A stretch of DNA of 64,000 nt, from contig CM119371.1 of the NCBI GenBank assembly GCA_051294905.1, positions 8,186,001 through 8,250,000 of the forward strand. The letters run 5' to 3'. The notes beneath the pieces were generated by a model that ran no database searches, was not told the DNA's origin, and worked only from the letters and a program-made list of their open reading frames with translations. The DNA is from Botryllus schlosseri (taxonomy: Eukaryota). The translations under genes and the position numbers were made by a program. Shown here piece by piece: positions 50,890 through 64,000 of this stretch (position 1 is the stretch's first letter; each line of letters opens with the position of its first letter).

Positions 50890-51330
50890 GACACAAAAAT
50901 CGTCTCAAGTTAGACAAGGATAAAACTGAACTCATCATTTTTACGCCAACCAGACGCCCCATCGACCGCAATCTATTCACCATCAGATTTGGGCCAGACA
51001 CCATCCAAACCAAGACCTGTGTACGTAACCTAGGTATTCACTTTGACGGCATGATCTCAATGGAAAAACATATCGACTATACATCAAAGATCTGTTTCAT
51101 GTATATCCACAAGATCAGTCGAATCAGGAACTACCTATCTGAGGATGCATGCAAAGCCATAATCTGTAGGTGGTGATATCACGGCTTGACTATGGAAATG
51201 CTCTACTTTACGGGGTAAACCAAAATTGCATCGACAGGCTACAAAAGATCCAAAACATCGCTGCTGGTTTGGGAACTCGGTCAAAGAAGCGTGATCAGTG
51301 ATCACGTAACGCCGATTTTTGTTGCATTTG
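50890..51330 (+). mobile_element. L2-clade LINE C-terminal fragment in an NLR intron
   Basis: NRLKLDKDKTELIIF..VRNLGIHFD..ISRIRNYLSEDACK, frameshift, ISRLDYGNALLYGV..LQKIQN..HVTPI. Confidence 0.85.
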
Positions 51331-51974
51331 GAAAGTTGCAGTAAAGATTTGCATTTATAATTTTTTGATATATCAGGGTATTAGATACTCGAAAAGTTTA
51401 AGATTTGCAGGGTGTCTGTTTTTTTTTAGCTTCTTTGTTCGTTATTCAATGAATCATGAATACCATTTTATGCTGTCAAATATGGTAATTTCTTATTTCA
51501 CGAACGGCCTGGCGAGACCGCTGAAACTCACATGTCTTGCTGGTACGCAGCAAGAAAGTAACGCAACACGCGGAAGTAATTTTCCGCGAAAATCCATGCA
51601 TATCCATAAAACAAGTCAAGTATCACGCACCTGAAACCCCTAGATTTGCAAACTTGACCCAAGGCATTGCAGCAATACGCAGTGTTCACGACTTCAACAA
51701 AATCAATATCCTGAAAAGGTAACCCAGTGAAAGTGTCATTGTCAGCGGTCTCGTTTGAGCGTCCGAATTGAAGGACGTCAGATTGAAACGAAAGTGAATA
51801 AATCAAGCGATTTATTGTATATATATAGAGAGAGAGAGATCAGGCACTGTCGTCTTTGGATGTGGTTTTTCAACTTCTTGGTGCAAGCCGTTGCGCCGTA
51901 GATATCATTAATATGCAGCTAATCCATCACATAGCTCTTTGTTGAGCAAATCGAGCAGAACTGATACTGATACT

Positions 51975-53130
51975 GTTACTGACTATCGATCTCGTTTTCA
52001 GTGAAATGCCACTCCATTTTTTCGCTTGCTTTTTTTCTGTACTACTTTAACATCTCATTCAGTGTATATGCCTCCTCTTTACATCGACTAGCCCAGGGCC
52101 GGCCAACCCGTGACCCGCGCGAAGGTTTTGAGTGGCTCGCAAGGCAATTCTTGAAATTACTTATAATATCAAAAAATGAATTAGCCAGGTAATTTATTGT
52201 AAACTTGCAAGAGCAACCGAAAATATGATTAGCCTGGCCGCCGATATTGGGACGTTAATGACTAAAATATCAGTTCCGACGTATTGGCGTAGCCAGGGGT
52301 CCTCCACATTTTCGTAGATCTTCGTATATGACCATCAACTAGAATATTTCAGATTTATCAGATTTATTTGACTTAATATTTTACAGCACTGTGTGCGATC
52401 TATTGCTTTTAGTATTGTTGCCTTCTCATGGAAATCAAAACTACGCCTAATTTACGGAATTGAGTGTAACTATATCGGCAATTATGCGAGAATGTGTGGT
52501 CCGACATTCGACTTGGCGACTGCGCTCCCGGAAAGATCGTCAGCGATGAAAATTTGCACAAACTGACAGACGCACGTTCACTTAATCCTTCGATATTGAT
52601 ATGTCAAGGCGCCGATTAATCATGTCCTGGCCAAATGAGCCCAGCAGTATACAGGAACGACCCACCACAATATATACAACTAACATTATTTTGAAGAGCT
52701 TCTTGGAGGTACAGAACGTCAATATACAATTGTATAACATTATTTTATTGACCTATCTTTCATTACTTTTGAGAAAATTCGCGCATGGCGCGGCTACGAC
52801 ATGTACAATTGTACATATAGTGTTCGTGACATAAGTGTTACCATATTGATTTTTTTGTTTATAGTATATAATTCCTTTTTACCTTTACCTAATCCGATTC
52901 GCTCTTATCAGACGACTAAAAGGAAATCAACATACAAGTGGCCCGCGCAATGCTTCGTAAATATTATGTGGCCCTTTAGCCGAAAAGGTTGGCCACCCTT
53001 GGCCTAGGCCAAGGTGGGTGTCTGATTGCAAAGACTACTCCATGTGGTTTCGACACCTTCCTATCTTTTTACTGCGTCGCAATTTTATGGTGTATTGAAC
53101 TGATAAGAATTGCTAACAAACCGAACCGAA
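51975..53130 (+). mobile_element. 3' UTR fragment of the 29-30.5 kb LINE family, split by a hAT MITE (52094-53001)
   Basis: gcctcctctttacatcg..|..cctaggccaaggtgggtgtctgatt..ggtgtattgaactgataa matches the reverse complement of ~29065-29290; MITE cagggccggccaacc/ggttggccacccttg. Confidence 0.8.
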
Positions 53131-53239
53131 AGAGAACCATACCAGAAATAGTTTTATAGCATGTTTTTTTAAATTACTCCTTTAAATTTTGAGCAATACT
53201 TGATAAAAGTTACAATAATTTTTTTTTCTGCCGGCGTAG

Positions 53240-54778
53240 ATTACTGGAAATTGATAAAGGTTATAAACGACCATACTCTACAAGAAACGGCAAATGGCAT
53301 TCGCGAAGACTTCAAGAATGAATTTCCTCACGAACCTGACTTCGAAGTTTTCCCGCAGATGAAAAAGTTTAATGCTGATGAATACTACAAAGGCCGTATT
53401 CACGAACAAAAATCTTCAAATGATGAATCTGTTCTTGAATCTAGAAAGAAAGCTTTTAAAAGTCAGTTGATAGAGGAAATCGGGTTTTACCGTCAATCCG
53501 AAAATTACGGTAAACCGATAACAATGGAAGAGATAATGGAATGGCTGTCAAAGTCCGAGAAATTACCTCATGACAACAAAGTTGGTTACACTGCAATTGT
53601 CGCTTCTGCGGGATCGGGTAAAACTACTCTCGTGCGTAGAATTGCACAGAAAGCGCTCGTAATTCCCTCCGCGAAGGAAAAGGATGAAGCGGTTCCGTTA
53701 AGGAAATCTAATCTCTTCCGTAGACTTGTCCGCATGACTCTCCGAACTTCTTCTGGCATTGAAAAAGGTAAGCAATCTTCTTCCGAACCGAAACCGAAGC
53801 AAAAAATGATACATTACGTCGAATTGAAGAACATGAAAGAACAGAACTGTATGAAAGCATCCAAATTCATATTCGGCGGTCTGTTTGAAACTGAGTATGA
53901 AGAAGATGAATCTTTCAAATGGCTGCTCGAGAATCAATCCAAAGCAATTATCATTTTTGATGGGCTTGATCAAGTAAAGTGGGATTTTGAGGAGTCTACC
54001 GTACGAAATATAAGGACGTTTGAAAAAGCGACTACGTCGACCATCATGTACAACATCCTATCACGCAGAATTCTTCCCCATGTCAAAATCATCGTGGCGT
54101 CACGTGAATTCAAAGTCTCCGAGTTACCGGCGGAGGCACGTCCGCAAGATATTATCACACTTACCGGTCTCACACTGCAAGACGCTTCTAAACTGTTTAC
54201 TTGTCTGCTCTGTGAGAACGGGCAGCGTCTCTGGAAAAATATTGAAATCATGTCACCGCGATTAATACAACTAGTATCGCTCCCGGTTTTCCTGATTTTG
54301 ATAGCAGTGGTGATGGGAATTGATCCAGATAGACCTCCTCCGTCTACCGTGACAGAATTGTACAGCAGGATCATGTTAGTATTACGGAGTGTGGAAAATA
54401 TCCGAAACCGTAAGCAAATCCTCTCGATTATCAACAAATTGAAGGAAATGGCGTTTAAAGGCATGAGAGAGGGACGAGTCGTATTCTACAAGGCAGATTT
54501 GGATCGGTTTAGAATATCGGCGGACGAAGTACAGGATTTGATGACGAAAGTGCCTGGCAACAACATCCTAAGCCGTCACTTGATGGAAGGCGACTTCACA
54601 TTCTTCTTCTGTCATCAAAGCATGCAGGAATTTCTGGCAGCTAGTTTTATCTCGGAAATGGAGCTCGAAATGTTCATTCGCTTTGATGGCCAACATCTAC
54701 ATGAGAAACGATGGTCCGTGGTTCGAAGATTCGTTACAGGCATCGTTTACATGAAATCTAATTACGATCTTCACAACG
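53240..54778 (+). CDS. NLR gene, NACHT exon (NBD-HD1-WHD-HD2)
   Basis: Walker A ASAGSGKT, Walker B IIIFDGLDQ, sensor-1 IIVASR, LPVF, WHD FFFCHQSMQEFLAA, WSVVRRFVTG; ttttttctgccggcgtAG acceptor and G|GTGAGT donor. Confidence 0.95.
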
Positions 54779-55301
54779 GTGAGTAATTATGGTTTTCCAT
54801 GGCTATTCTGCCGCATCACCGATTGATTATTATGGTCGCTTATGGTTTATCATGACTTTGATGGTATTGTCACAATGGAAGGGTGAAATAGTCGAAAGAT
54901 CTTAAATTCATACAAGGCTGGTAAATAAGTCTTTACATTCAGTCGGCTAAATATAACTTATATATCTAAAATTTGCATAAATTCGCAGATTATTGAACGT
55001 GAGCGCTACCAGGGCCCATCGATGATCACTATGTGACATTGTTTGTTTGTTTGTTTCGGGTATATATGGTGTCTGTCGACTAAAGGTGTCATTTACACCA
55101 GTCCTATTTTTGCATTTTTGAATTTGCATCCGCCGACTTGTAGCACGGCCCACTTCTAATCTTTTTGAAAGATACAGCTTCCGGAGGGTGAGCCTAAATA
55201 AACCTCCAACACTTAGGTATGAATTCTGGACCCGATCTTAGTCGAACATGCGATATTGATGCGCATGAAATGCTCTTGTTATTGTGAACTAGACATTAGA
55301 G

Positions 55302-56753
55302 CAGCGGTTCTCAACCGGGGGTCCGCGGACCCCTGGGGGTCCGCGAAGCAATTTCAGGGGGTCCGCGAGACCTCTAAATTTTCAAAATGGTTGATAACGT
55401 AATTTATATTTTATTTTTTAATTTGAGAAAGCATGAGGCAGTTTCGCACCACAACTGCTAAAACCTCATGACTCATATCATCATAATAATCGTCTGACAT
55501 GAACTATCGTAGTGTGGAAATTCATTTTCATTGCCAATTTTCCAATAACTTGCTGATACAAACATATTGCTGTTTAGAGACGTTTTGATGGGGCTTATTG
55601 ACAAAATAAAAATATGGAGATAGTAACGTCAATCAGGGTGACTTCGTAATGTCTTGTCGATTTGAAGTTGTCAGTCTCATCAAATTAGTGAACAGTCGTT
55701 TGAAATAAAAATTTCCGAAGTATTTCCCTAATTTGTCCCAATGCAGGGATTGAAACCTCGCCACGAAATCCATTTTGTCCTGTGATTACATAACCACTAT
55801 TTGAACAGTTTCTTGGAGGTACAGAACTTCAATATACAATTGAATAGTAGATTAATATTGAAATGTGCCCGAATATTTTCATAAATAGGACGATGATAAA
55901 CCTGCTCTTGAAGCTCGGCTATCAGATTTGGCGCATTCTTATTGCGGATGCCCTATCGACAAAGCTGATTTTTTTTATGAACAATAAGGGGTGTTTCGTT
56001 GCTATCAAAGCATTACGCTCCAACCCTAAAATTCATGTCACCAGTTATATTGGTATGCAGCCTTGTCTTGTTAATGTTCAATTGTTAATGGTCCAAAATG
56101 TTTGCTCGTAAATATATATGTAAACCCGAACAGAACAAGTCGTTTCGTGACAGTCTTTCTCAGGTTGAAAAACTTGGTTCCATTATTTGGCGCATAAAAT
56201 TTGTCTATACTATTAGACTAGGATTTCACTTTGACGGTGGAAACTCTCTGCGGGCCGATCAAAATGCCGTCGCGAGCCGTATGTTGCCCGTCCCTGCGCT
56301 AGATGCAGGACGTGATATCTTCATAAAATATATGTTTCTTAATTTTGGTGCCATAAATGCTGCGATCACACCAAAAGTATCGTCGGAAGCGTTATGCGTT
56401 AATACTGCATTAGCCTCCATCTATCTTTGCGGAAATGGTTTTGGGCACTCCTCGTTCATATCAAAACGAAGACGCGGATTTTCAAGACACGACCACGTAC
56501 TTCAAGAAATACAGCAGCAAAATTAGCTTTGAAATAATAAAAGTCTATCCAATTTCTACATAAATAGGATGATGTTATTTTCAAGAAAAATCGTGATTTT
56601 GCTGTTTATCACAAGCCTACAGTTAGTATTTGCACAAGACAGATGAAGGTTGCACCATAATAGAGCTAAAATTGAACAAAAACTTGAGGGGGTCCGCGAG
56701 GGTCCGTGACGGTCAAAAGGGGTCCGCAAAGCCAAAAAGGTTGAGAACCACTG
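55302..56753. mobile_element. hAT MITE (GGGGTCCGCG family) in an NLR intron
   Basis: cagcggttctcaacc/ggttgagaaccactg; perfect TSD CATTAGAG. Confidence 0.92.
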
Positions 56754-56883
56754 CATTAGAGCTTAATGACTCCATCTGAACCCTGCCTCATCACAGTCGC
56801 GTGAATTATTCAATTGTTACGTAAACGATTAGGCAAGAAACATTACGAATACCGGTACAACGACATTGTGTATTGCTTGACAG

Positions 56884-57188
56884 TGACGGATCAAACACAG
56901 AAGCAACAAGCTTTATCTCAATCGGTCCTTTCACAACTTCACGATAACGAAGACAGATATGTTCGCATGGAACTATATACAGCAATCTACGAATCGGGCG
57001 ACGACAATCCTATGAAAGATCTTTCCGTCATCGACGCATCTTATATCTCATTGAATCGCGATGAAGCTCATATCGTTGGATCGCTCGCAGCAAGGAACCA
57101 AAGCCTTCGTTCTTTGAATTTATTCAACTGCAGTATCGACGACGAGCTTTTGAGCATCATTGCAAGGTGTCTGGAAAATAGAATACGA
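56884..57188 (+). CDS. NLR gene, HD2 end and first LRRs
   Basis: ttgacAG acceptor (phase 1), CGA|GTGAGT donor (phase 0); MELYTAIYES..LSVIDASYISLNRDEAHIVG..SLRSLNLFNCSIDDELLSIIARCL (ribonuclease-inhibitor-like LRR). Confidence 0.88.
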
Positions 57189-57606
57189 GTGAGTCATACT
57201 TTTTCAAATGATTCATTTCGTGGGAAAACTATATTATGTGTTATTCTGGAATTTTTCTAATTTGGAAGCCTCCCCTCTTCAGATATGATATGGTGCAATA
57301 TTCACATCTTTTCGCGGCGATGCACTGTTCGTAGCAATCCATTCGGGGTCATAATTTCACGTCGGTTAGGCCTATTGCGGGAATCATAGCAATTTTCAAA
57401 ATCATATTCGATGGGAACGATATAGTAGCAACCTGCTCAGTGAACTATGAACATACATGATATGTGAGTATATCAGGAGTATTTTCATCGATATCACGAA
57501 CCCGACAGCGATGGCTTAAGGTATTACTTCGAAGATCAGCTACTCCACATAGTGATTTGCCATAGACATCAGCTGTTATCCCAAAAAGACTAATTCAGAC
57601 TAATTT

Positions 57607-60378
57607 AATAGGCCTTTTGCAGGACTTCGATCACGTGACTAGATACGCATAGCAACCACAAATTGGTTAGCAAGCCACTTTCTCGCGCACCTGCTTCAGT
57701 GCTAAATATCGCATAGTGTACTGTTGATTTCTGGTTGTAAACGTTTCGGAAATTTGTTGCAGAAGTCATCAGAGATTTACCTATGCTAGATGTCAATCCT
57801 GTACAAAGCACATAGAATGATATCGTCAGAATTACGCAGAAATCCGTCGTTAACGTAGCCGTATGTCTGATACAGTATATTACCGTTTCCGTGCTGTAAA
57901 CGTTTTATATAAAACGCAAGTGTCATGGAAATGCGCAAGGATTCAAATATGTTGGATGTCTTTGATTCATGAACTATGTAAACTCCTTGCGTCAAAATGA
58001 TCGACATTGTAGCCGTTATTTGGTAGTCAACTATGATTTTCTGACACAAAACTCGACATTGCAGGACATTGACTGCGTGATATTTATTGCAGCATTAAGT
58101 TAGGTGTGGATAGTATACTATACTATAGTTGTATTGTAGTTGTAGTTGGTAATCATTCCAGCATTTTGATGATTGATATCGATTGCAATATATATATGAT
58201 ACTGCTATTTTTAAGCCTATAGAGACAATGACTGGCAGTGCCAGTACGTTGATGTGTCATGAATTCATGCAATGTGCTACATATTAACCATCATATGCTA
58301 TTGTATGGCTTCTCAGTTGAACAATTCAAAATATTTAGACCTCTACACCTATATTACAAGTTATTGATCATTCTGTCATGCTGCCAAGTGCCACTACCCG
58401 AAGAAAAATGATCATCAGCTCCAATTGAGGGTGCAACAAACTGTCCCGAGGCCTCGATTACTTGATTGATTGCCTGGATTGGATTACTTCACTCTATGGC
58501 ACAGTGCAAATATCTTGAGTTTCAAGACATGGCTATAGCACATGTATACGAATTAATGATCTGATGGATTATCTCAAGAGAGTCGAACATAGGCCACTAA
58601 GAAATTGATGATGCCCTCGTCAAGAATTCAGCCTGGAGCCAATTATTATCACCCCATAAAATTCGGTCATGCGGTAGAAGGCAGCGTGGTTTCATGCCAA
58701 CAGAAAATGTCAGCAGATGATCTGACCACTGACTAACTGTCCTGAACTTCTTTCCCGATGTTGATGTCTGCTTTGAAAATGATATTTCATTTGTGTACAG
58801 CAAGACAAGCGCTCTTCCGTGGATGCTATGAATATGTCTAGACAAGTGGCTATGGAGGTAGAGGAAATTACATAGGCATAAGAGTCTCGGCAGTTATTAA
58901 ACTTGATAAGGTTAACATGCATTTTTCTTCAACTATTTCTTATGCTCTGGGTATCGAATGCACAAAAATTAATAAATTGCACTTCTTTGCAAGTTTATTT
59001 GTAAATTCAATGAATCAAATAATATCATAAGTTCAGAATATTACGGAGTCAATGCAAAAGAAATAATGTTAGTCGTCTTTAGAGGATGTTTCTGAGTTCG
59101 TCGAACCAATACACAGAGGGGGTCAGCAACGAAGTACTATTTTACCTGAGTACTAGCGTCATTATGAGTTTAGGCTACTTCCACTTCTACTTGACACTTT
59201 TAGGTAGTACTTTTTTGTCAGGTTTGAAATTTTTTCAACTAGAAAGTAGCTTTGGCGCATGATTGCATCCCCTTCAAGCATGAGGTTGTCATAACAACTG
59301 GGCAAAATAGCCCCAGTACCACGATAACTAAATAAATTTTTGAAAATTGCACCTATTTGTGGTTTCATCACCCTTTTGCGCTGATCAAGAAGATGCAACA
59401 TGCAATGTTTACAGTTGTCGCATGGCACCAATTTCTAAAACTAAGTGACCCTCAACCAAATCTACTTCATGTAACGAATTTCTTGATTACTTTTCAGAAA
59501 TTCATTTCTGCTTCCACTTGAAGTACTTTGGACATGTCCTGAAAGTAATTAGTGCTACTTGTACTGGAGTATAAATTAAGGCATTACTTCTACTCGGTTC
59601 CCAACAATGACCACGTTGACCACCTCTGGGTATAGGATGACCGATCTTGTCACTGCGTTTGAGCTGCTCTAAGAGTTATTGGATAGTTACTTCCCTTAGT
59701 TCGCTAAATAGCGCACATATGTGACATCAACTATTTATCAAAATCGCGTGTGATTTGCCAAATCCACTTCAATCGCAGTTGCGAAGTAGTGCTAATAAAA
59801 TCGGCATTGTATCATGCAACAATAAAGTGTCACATCGCTTTGCTTAGTCTTGATGGCAGGTTCTCCCAAAAGATACTTCCGATGTGTTCAGCGACATTTG
59901 TCTTATAGCAGTACGCCAGCACCCAGACCAGCAGACAGTATATCCTGATCCTTGCGGGTCCCGGCTGCTTCAGTCATATCTTCCATCCAATATGAGGCTC
60001 CACAACAGACAAATAGTACTGCTTGAACTAACAAATACTCTTACCAGAATATAAACCAATCGCTTTACTTCAAATGCATAGATTTAAGTAGGCTACATAT
60101 GATCAGAGTTGAGTACCGTAATACGACTACGTTACCGATGGATTTCTGCGTAATTCTGACGATATCATTCTAAATCCTTTGTACAGGATTGACATCTAGC
60201 ATAGGTGAATCTCTGATGACTTCTGCAACAAATTTCCGAAACGTTTACAACCAGAAATCAACAGTACACTATGCGGTATTTAGCACTAACGCAGGTGCGC
60301 GAGAAAGTAGCTTGCTAACCAATTTGCTGTTGCTATGCGTATCTAGTCACGTGATCGAAGTCCTGCAAAAGGCCTATT
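57607..60378. mobile_element. 2.77-kb non-autonomous DNA transposon with ~250-bp TIRs (possibly PIF/ISL2EU group)
   Basis: aataggccttttgcaggacttcgatcacgtg... at 57607-57862 is the reverse complement of ~60125-60378; no intact ORF; superfamily is a guess. Confidence 0.8.
59114..59628. mobile_element. Short derivative of the 18251-20980 hAT family
   Basis: cagagggggtcagcaacgaagtact...ttgaccacctctg with tactt repeats. Confidence 0.75.
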
Positions 60379-61040
60379 GCCGGGTGGCGAAAACTGGCTA
60401 ATCGGAGACATTCATACACTTGGGGGCGCCAAAAGCTCGTCCTGGTGATCCATTGTTTACATTGGATACCGAAAGAAACGTCGTCTTGATTTGTTGTCTT
60501 TTGACATCCCTAGTTTTGCTAGTTGGAAGTCAATTCCGCCCACACGGTAAAGGATGACCTAATAACACCGACCTTGCAGGCGCGTATCCGGGGTTTGCGT
60601 TACGATACGATCATTCGTCTCCACGCCATGGCGAATATTTACGATATATTATGGTTTAATATTAAATAGAGATTTGCGGTGAGTGGGAGATGTACGAATA
60701 CGATACAGACATTGCCTGAAAATCGCGTTATTTTACGGTATGATTGAAAGAAATTCGTAAATGCTCACATTCAGTCATGAACCGGCAAACACCGCCCGTC
60801 TTCAAGCGCCTAGTTCCGGCCAGAGATGCGCGATTTTGTTTGACGAAATTATGCGCACGGCCGGAAGTATCGCAGCGGACGAACAAGCGCGGATTAGGGC
60901 GGTTGCATAAACGAGGGCGATCGTGATCGCCACAGAGAGGTGTGGTGTGAACACAGTGTACGTCGCACACGAATTGTGCTTCTCGATGGCTTTACTAGCC
61001 GTACGGCTGAGCGTCTAGTACGCGCGGAGATAATTAGACC

Positions 61041-61120
61041 TTAATTGTAAGCACGCAAGTCAGTCAATTAATACAGAGCATTAATTGCAAGCACGCAAGT
61101 CAGTAAATTAATGCAGAGTA
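61041..61120. repeat. 40-bp direct tandem duplication
   Basis: ttaattg(t/c)aagcacgcaagtcagt(c/a)aattaat(a/g)cagag(c/t)a occurs twice. Confidence 0.9.
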
Positions 61121-62036
61121 CACACTGGGATAATAAGTAGATCACAGAGAAGCTTGTCAGCCGATATAATTGGGTTAACTTTACTACTAGGCCTACTCAA
61201 TTCTCCCGTTCAGCGACAACATAGGCCAGTATTTAGACGACAGCAAGTCACCTAACAATCGGGAACGTGGATTGCTAGGCTTGTATTTTGAAATGTGAAT
61301 GTCAATTGTAGGCTATTTCTCGCCAATAATCGCGAAGACAATGTGGATTTGAGAACAGCATTGTCGTACTGGTGCCGCTGTGTCTGCGTCTCGCTGATCA
61401 ATCAACACGCGCCGCCCCTACCCCCTGGATACGCCACTGAACACCTGAAAAGTATTTTCCATATTTGATGATTGCTGCAGATGGTTATTATCTGAAGAAA
61501 AATCACAGATGGTATGCCCAAGTACAAGGCCAAATGACTTGCGCTTGTATGAAACTATATGTTGTTTTATGTATACATTTCGTAATGTGCACATGGAAAA
61601 TATAGAGTTTGACCCATAATTTGTTCCTAAATTTATGATTCTGAAGTTTCAAAAGTTAAAGTTCTACGAAATGTATTGGCGTCCATTTTTGGTGGTCAAG
61701 ATTGCGACACCGCAAGATGAAAAACTGAGAACCGCTGAATGCAATGTAGCATTGAATACAATTTTTAGAGCAAAGCCGTCCCTGCCGTCGTGGTGATCAT
61801 TGTTATTATCTAATTCCATGATTCTTTCTGTTGATTACGTAGTCTACCTATATATTGGGAGTTTTTATGTATCTCGTTTAGTAAATGAAAACAAAACTTG
61901 CGTCTAGTTAGTGATATGTTTTCTGTTCAGTCATCAAATCCAGTACAGTGATATTCCGGTTTATTACGGCGGCATCTAATATTGAGGTGGGAGCAAGAAA
62001 ATCCATTCAACACTAAGAGTAATCAATCATTATCAC

Positions 62037-62906
62037 TAGGGCGGTTTTTTTTTACCTAAAAAAAATAAAATTTTGACCTAAAAAATCGAAATTTTGACTT
62101 TTTTTGACCTAAAAAAACTGAATTTTGACCAAATTTTGACCTAACGTATGCAAATTAGGTGTTTTCCCACATAATGTTAGAATTCTACCACTTATCTTCA
62201 TTTCTGGTTGGAACTGACTGTCCTAACGAAGTAGTTTGGCCTGAAAAACGTTTTTGGCTTAGAAACAGGCAACTTTTTACATGGAAAAACAACATTTTAA
62301 TGAAATCTGGCCCTATGAAGAATTCCAGTGGTTACAATATGTATTAGGGTAGAAATAATTAAATATTTTGTAGTACAACGAGAGATACTTTCCTTTGGGT
62401 AGAAAGTGCACGTCCTTACTAAGAAGCTTGCCAAGGATGTTCAACAGCAGTAGTTGTTGGCTGACAACACTCAAGTTGTGCGTACACTGCTGGTGCTGGT
62501 GACACACCGTGTTGCTTCATTCTGACAATGTTGTCTACAACACAATTTTTCATCATGCGCTTCTTAATGTAAGAATGATGCAATGCACAAGAAGTCTTTC
62601 TTCATTTAGGATATTGCGGTACGTTGACCATAACACCATGTCTACCTATTATTTGTTTTGTTTGACCGTTTATGATTCACAATGGGCAGACGATTAGCCG
62701 TTTACAACGGTAGGCCTATAAAAAACGCTAAAAGCGGTAAAATATCAAATTATAAGTTCACCGACAGTGCAAAATCTACAATACAAGCAAAATCAAGACG
62801 TCAAAATTTTTTGACTTTTATGAAAAATTTTGACAAATTTTGACCTAACGCTACAATTTTGACAACATTTTGACAAATTTTGACATGTCAAAAAAAAACC
62901 GCCCTA
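62037..62906. mobile_element. hAT MITE with TTTTGAC subterminal repeats
   Basis: tagggcggtttttttt/aaaaaaaaccgcccta; perfect TSD ATTATCAC. Confidence 0.92.
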
Positions 62907-63403
62907 ATTATCACTAACCAATTCCCGTATTTTGAAACCAATGTAACACTCGCATTAACGATAATTCGCCGAATTATCTCTGTTTATTGTAGGTTAGAAC
63001 ACTGCAAATACATACTAGCTCTACGTTATTACCATTCACCAAAGCCAGCTATTCCCAATTCAATGTAATTTTGCTTAAAACCTTCATTTTTCAACGCTTT
63101 TCCATTAGCGCTCATAGTAAACTTGCCCGGCCTTGTACTTTGTTTACATCGTGCTGCAACCTGATTGGCTCGTATCAAAGGTCACGTAAGTGTCTATTAA
63201 AGAGTACGGTGTATTCCTAGAATTGATTGAAGCCGTTTGAATGGATTAGTAAAAGACCGTGGCTCTAAACATTGGATCGTTTGCCTTTATTATGGGGATG
63301 GCAATTATGTTCCAAAATATGCCCTGAATAAGCATGTGCAAAGCTCTGTTAGTTTGACATCATATTGGCAGACATTGTATTCATGTTTCATTCATCATTC
63401 CAG

Positions 63404-63508
63404 GTGAAGAAAGTGGATTTGCGTCGCAATAATTTCTCAGCAACAGCAGTACGTTCACTTCTCGGGCATCGTCGGATTGAATCGCTATCTGGAAAATTGG
63501 ATTGGGAA
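63404..63508 (+). CDS. NLR gene, further LRR exon
   Basis: ttcatcattccAG acceptor, phase 0, matching the 57188 donor; VKKVDLRRNNFSATAVRSLL (LxxLxLxxN). It ends either at the GAA|GTGAGA donor or reads through to TGA at 63526. Confidence 0.75.
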
Positions 63509-64000
63509 GTGAGATCGACTCTATGATTTAGTTGTGTACTAATAAGCCCGTATAATTTTATGTGGGTATGCGGAGACTTGTGACGAGATTGGTGACGCCA
63601 TAGTCGTGATAGAAAGCATTATACATACATTATCTGCATTAGGGCTGTTGAAAAAACCTTCACACTTCTTCGGCTATGTTATAAAATTGTTAGGTTGGCG
63701 AGAACATTGCTGCACGCCAACTTTGGGTCAATTGCAACCAGTAGAAGAGATTTTCTTGCAGTAGAAAATTTTGGATTTATCTTTAAAAAATTAAATTTTA
63801 AAATTTTTCTGTCAACAACGTAAAACTGTTGGGCTGTCAGTAGAGACGATGCACAACAAATGTGACTCAATACCAACCACTACAAGCAAAGTTATTGCGA
63901 TAAAAAATTTTGGATTCGAATAAAATAATTTTACGGTAGCTACGGCAGTTACGGAAAATAAAAAGAATATCGGCCTGGTGTAAATGACCATAGTAGTCGA

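Noticed and set aside
51537..51718. Open frame ending in AG|GTAACC as a third NLR exon
   Set aside because: The donor is phase 2 but the NACHT exon needs phase 1; exon 2 already joins it directly.
53698..54464. Antisense and alternate-frame ORFs over the NACHT exon
   Set aside because: Shadow ORFs of a real coding exon.

Overview
AT-rich, intron-containing animal DNA, not prokaryotic. An ascidian or other invertebrate chordate is my inference from the MetaSINE-type repeat, hAT MITE families and NLR style. Most of the window is nested non-autonomous DNA transposons (many with intact 8-bp target-site duplications, TSDs), two kb-scale foldback palindromes, and decayed Gypsy, CR1/L2 and hAT coding remnants. 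Three spliced genes can be rebuilt by eye. (1) Minus strand, ~184-4961: a divergent AF9/ENL-family gene with a clear C-terminal ANC1-homology domain and a poorly preserved YEATS region. (2) Minus strand, 6140-11991: a CRADD/RAIDD-like CARD + death-domain adaptor that appears to continue through a triplicated 43-aa exon into a C-terminal hydrophobic segment. (3) Plus strand, 50289 to at least 63508: a NACHT-LRR (NLR) gene with no death-fold domain at its N-terminus; instead it has a short N/Q/V/I-rich motif (..ENVNLNFTMSSVNLVARDQINANKIVYNI..) resembling fungal/bacterial NLR amyloid signalling motifs. All protein similarities are recalled from memory and exon models were built by hand; no searches were run.
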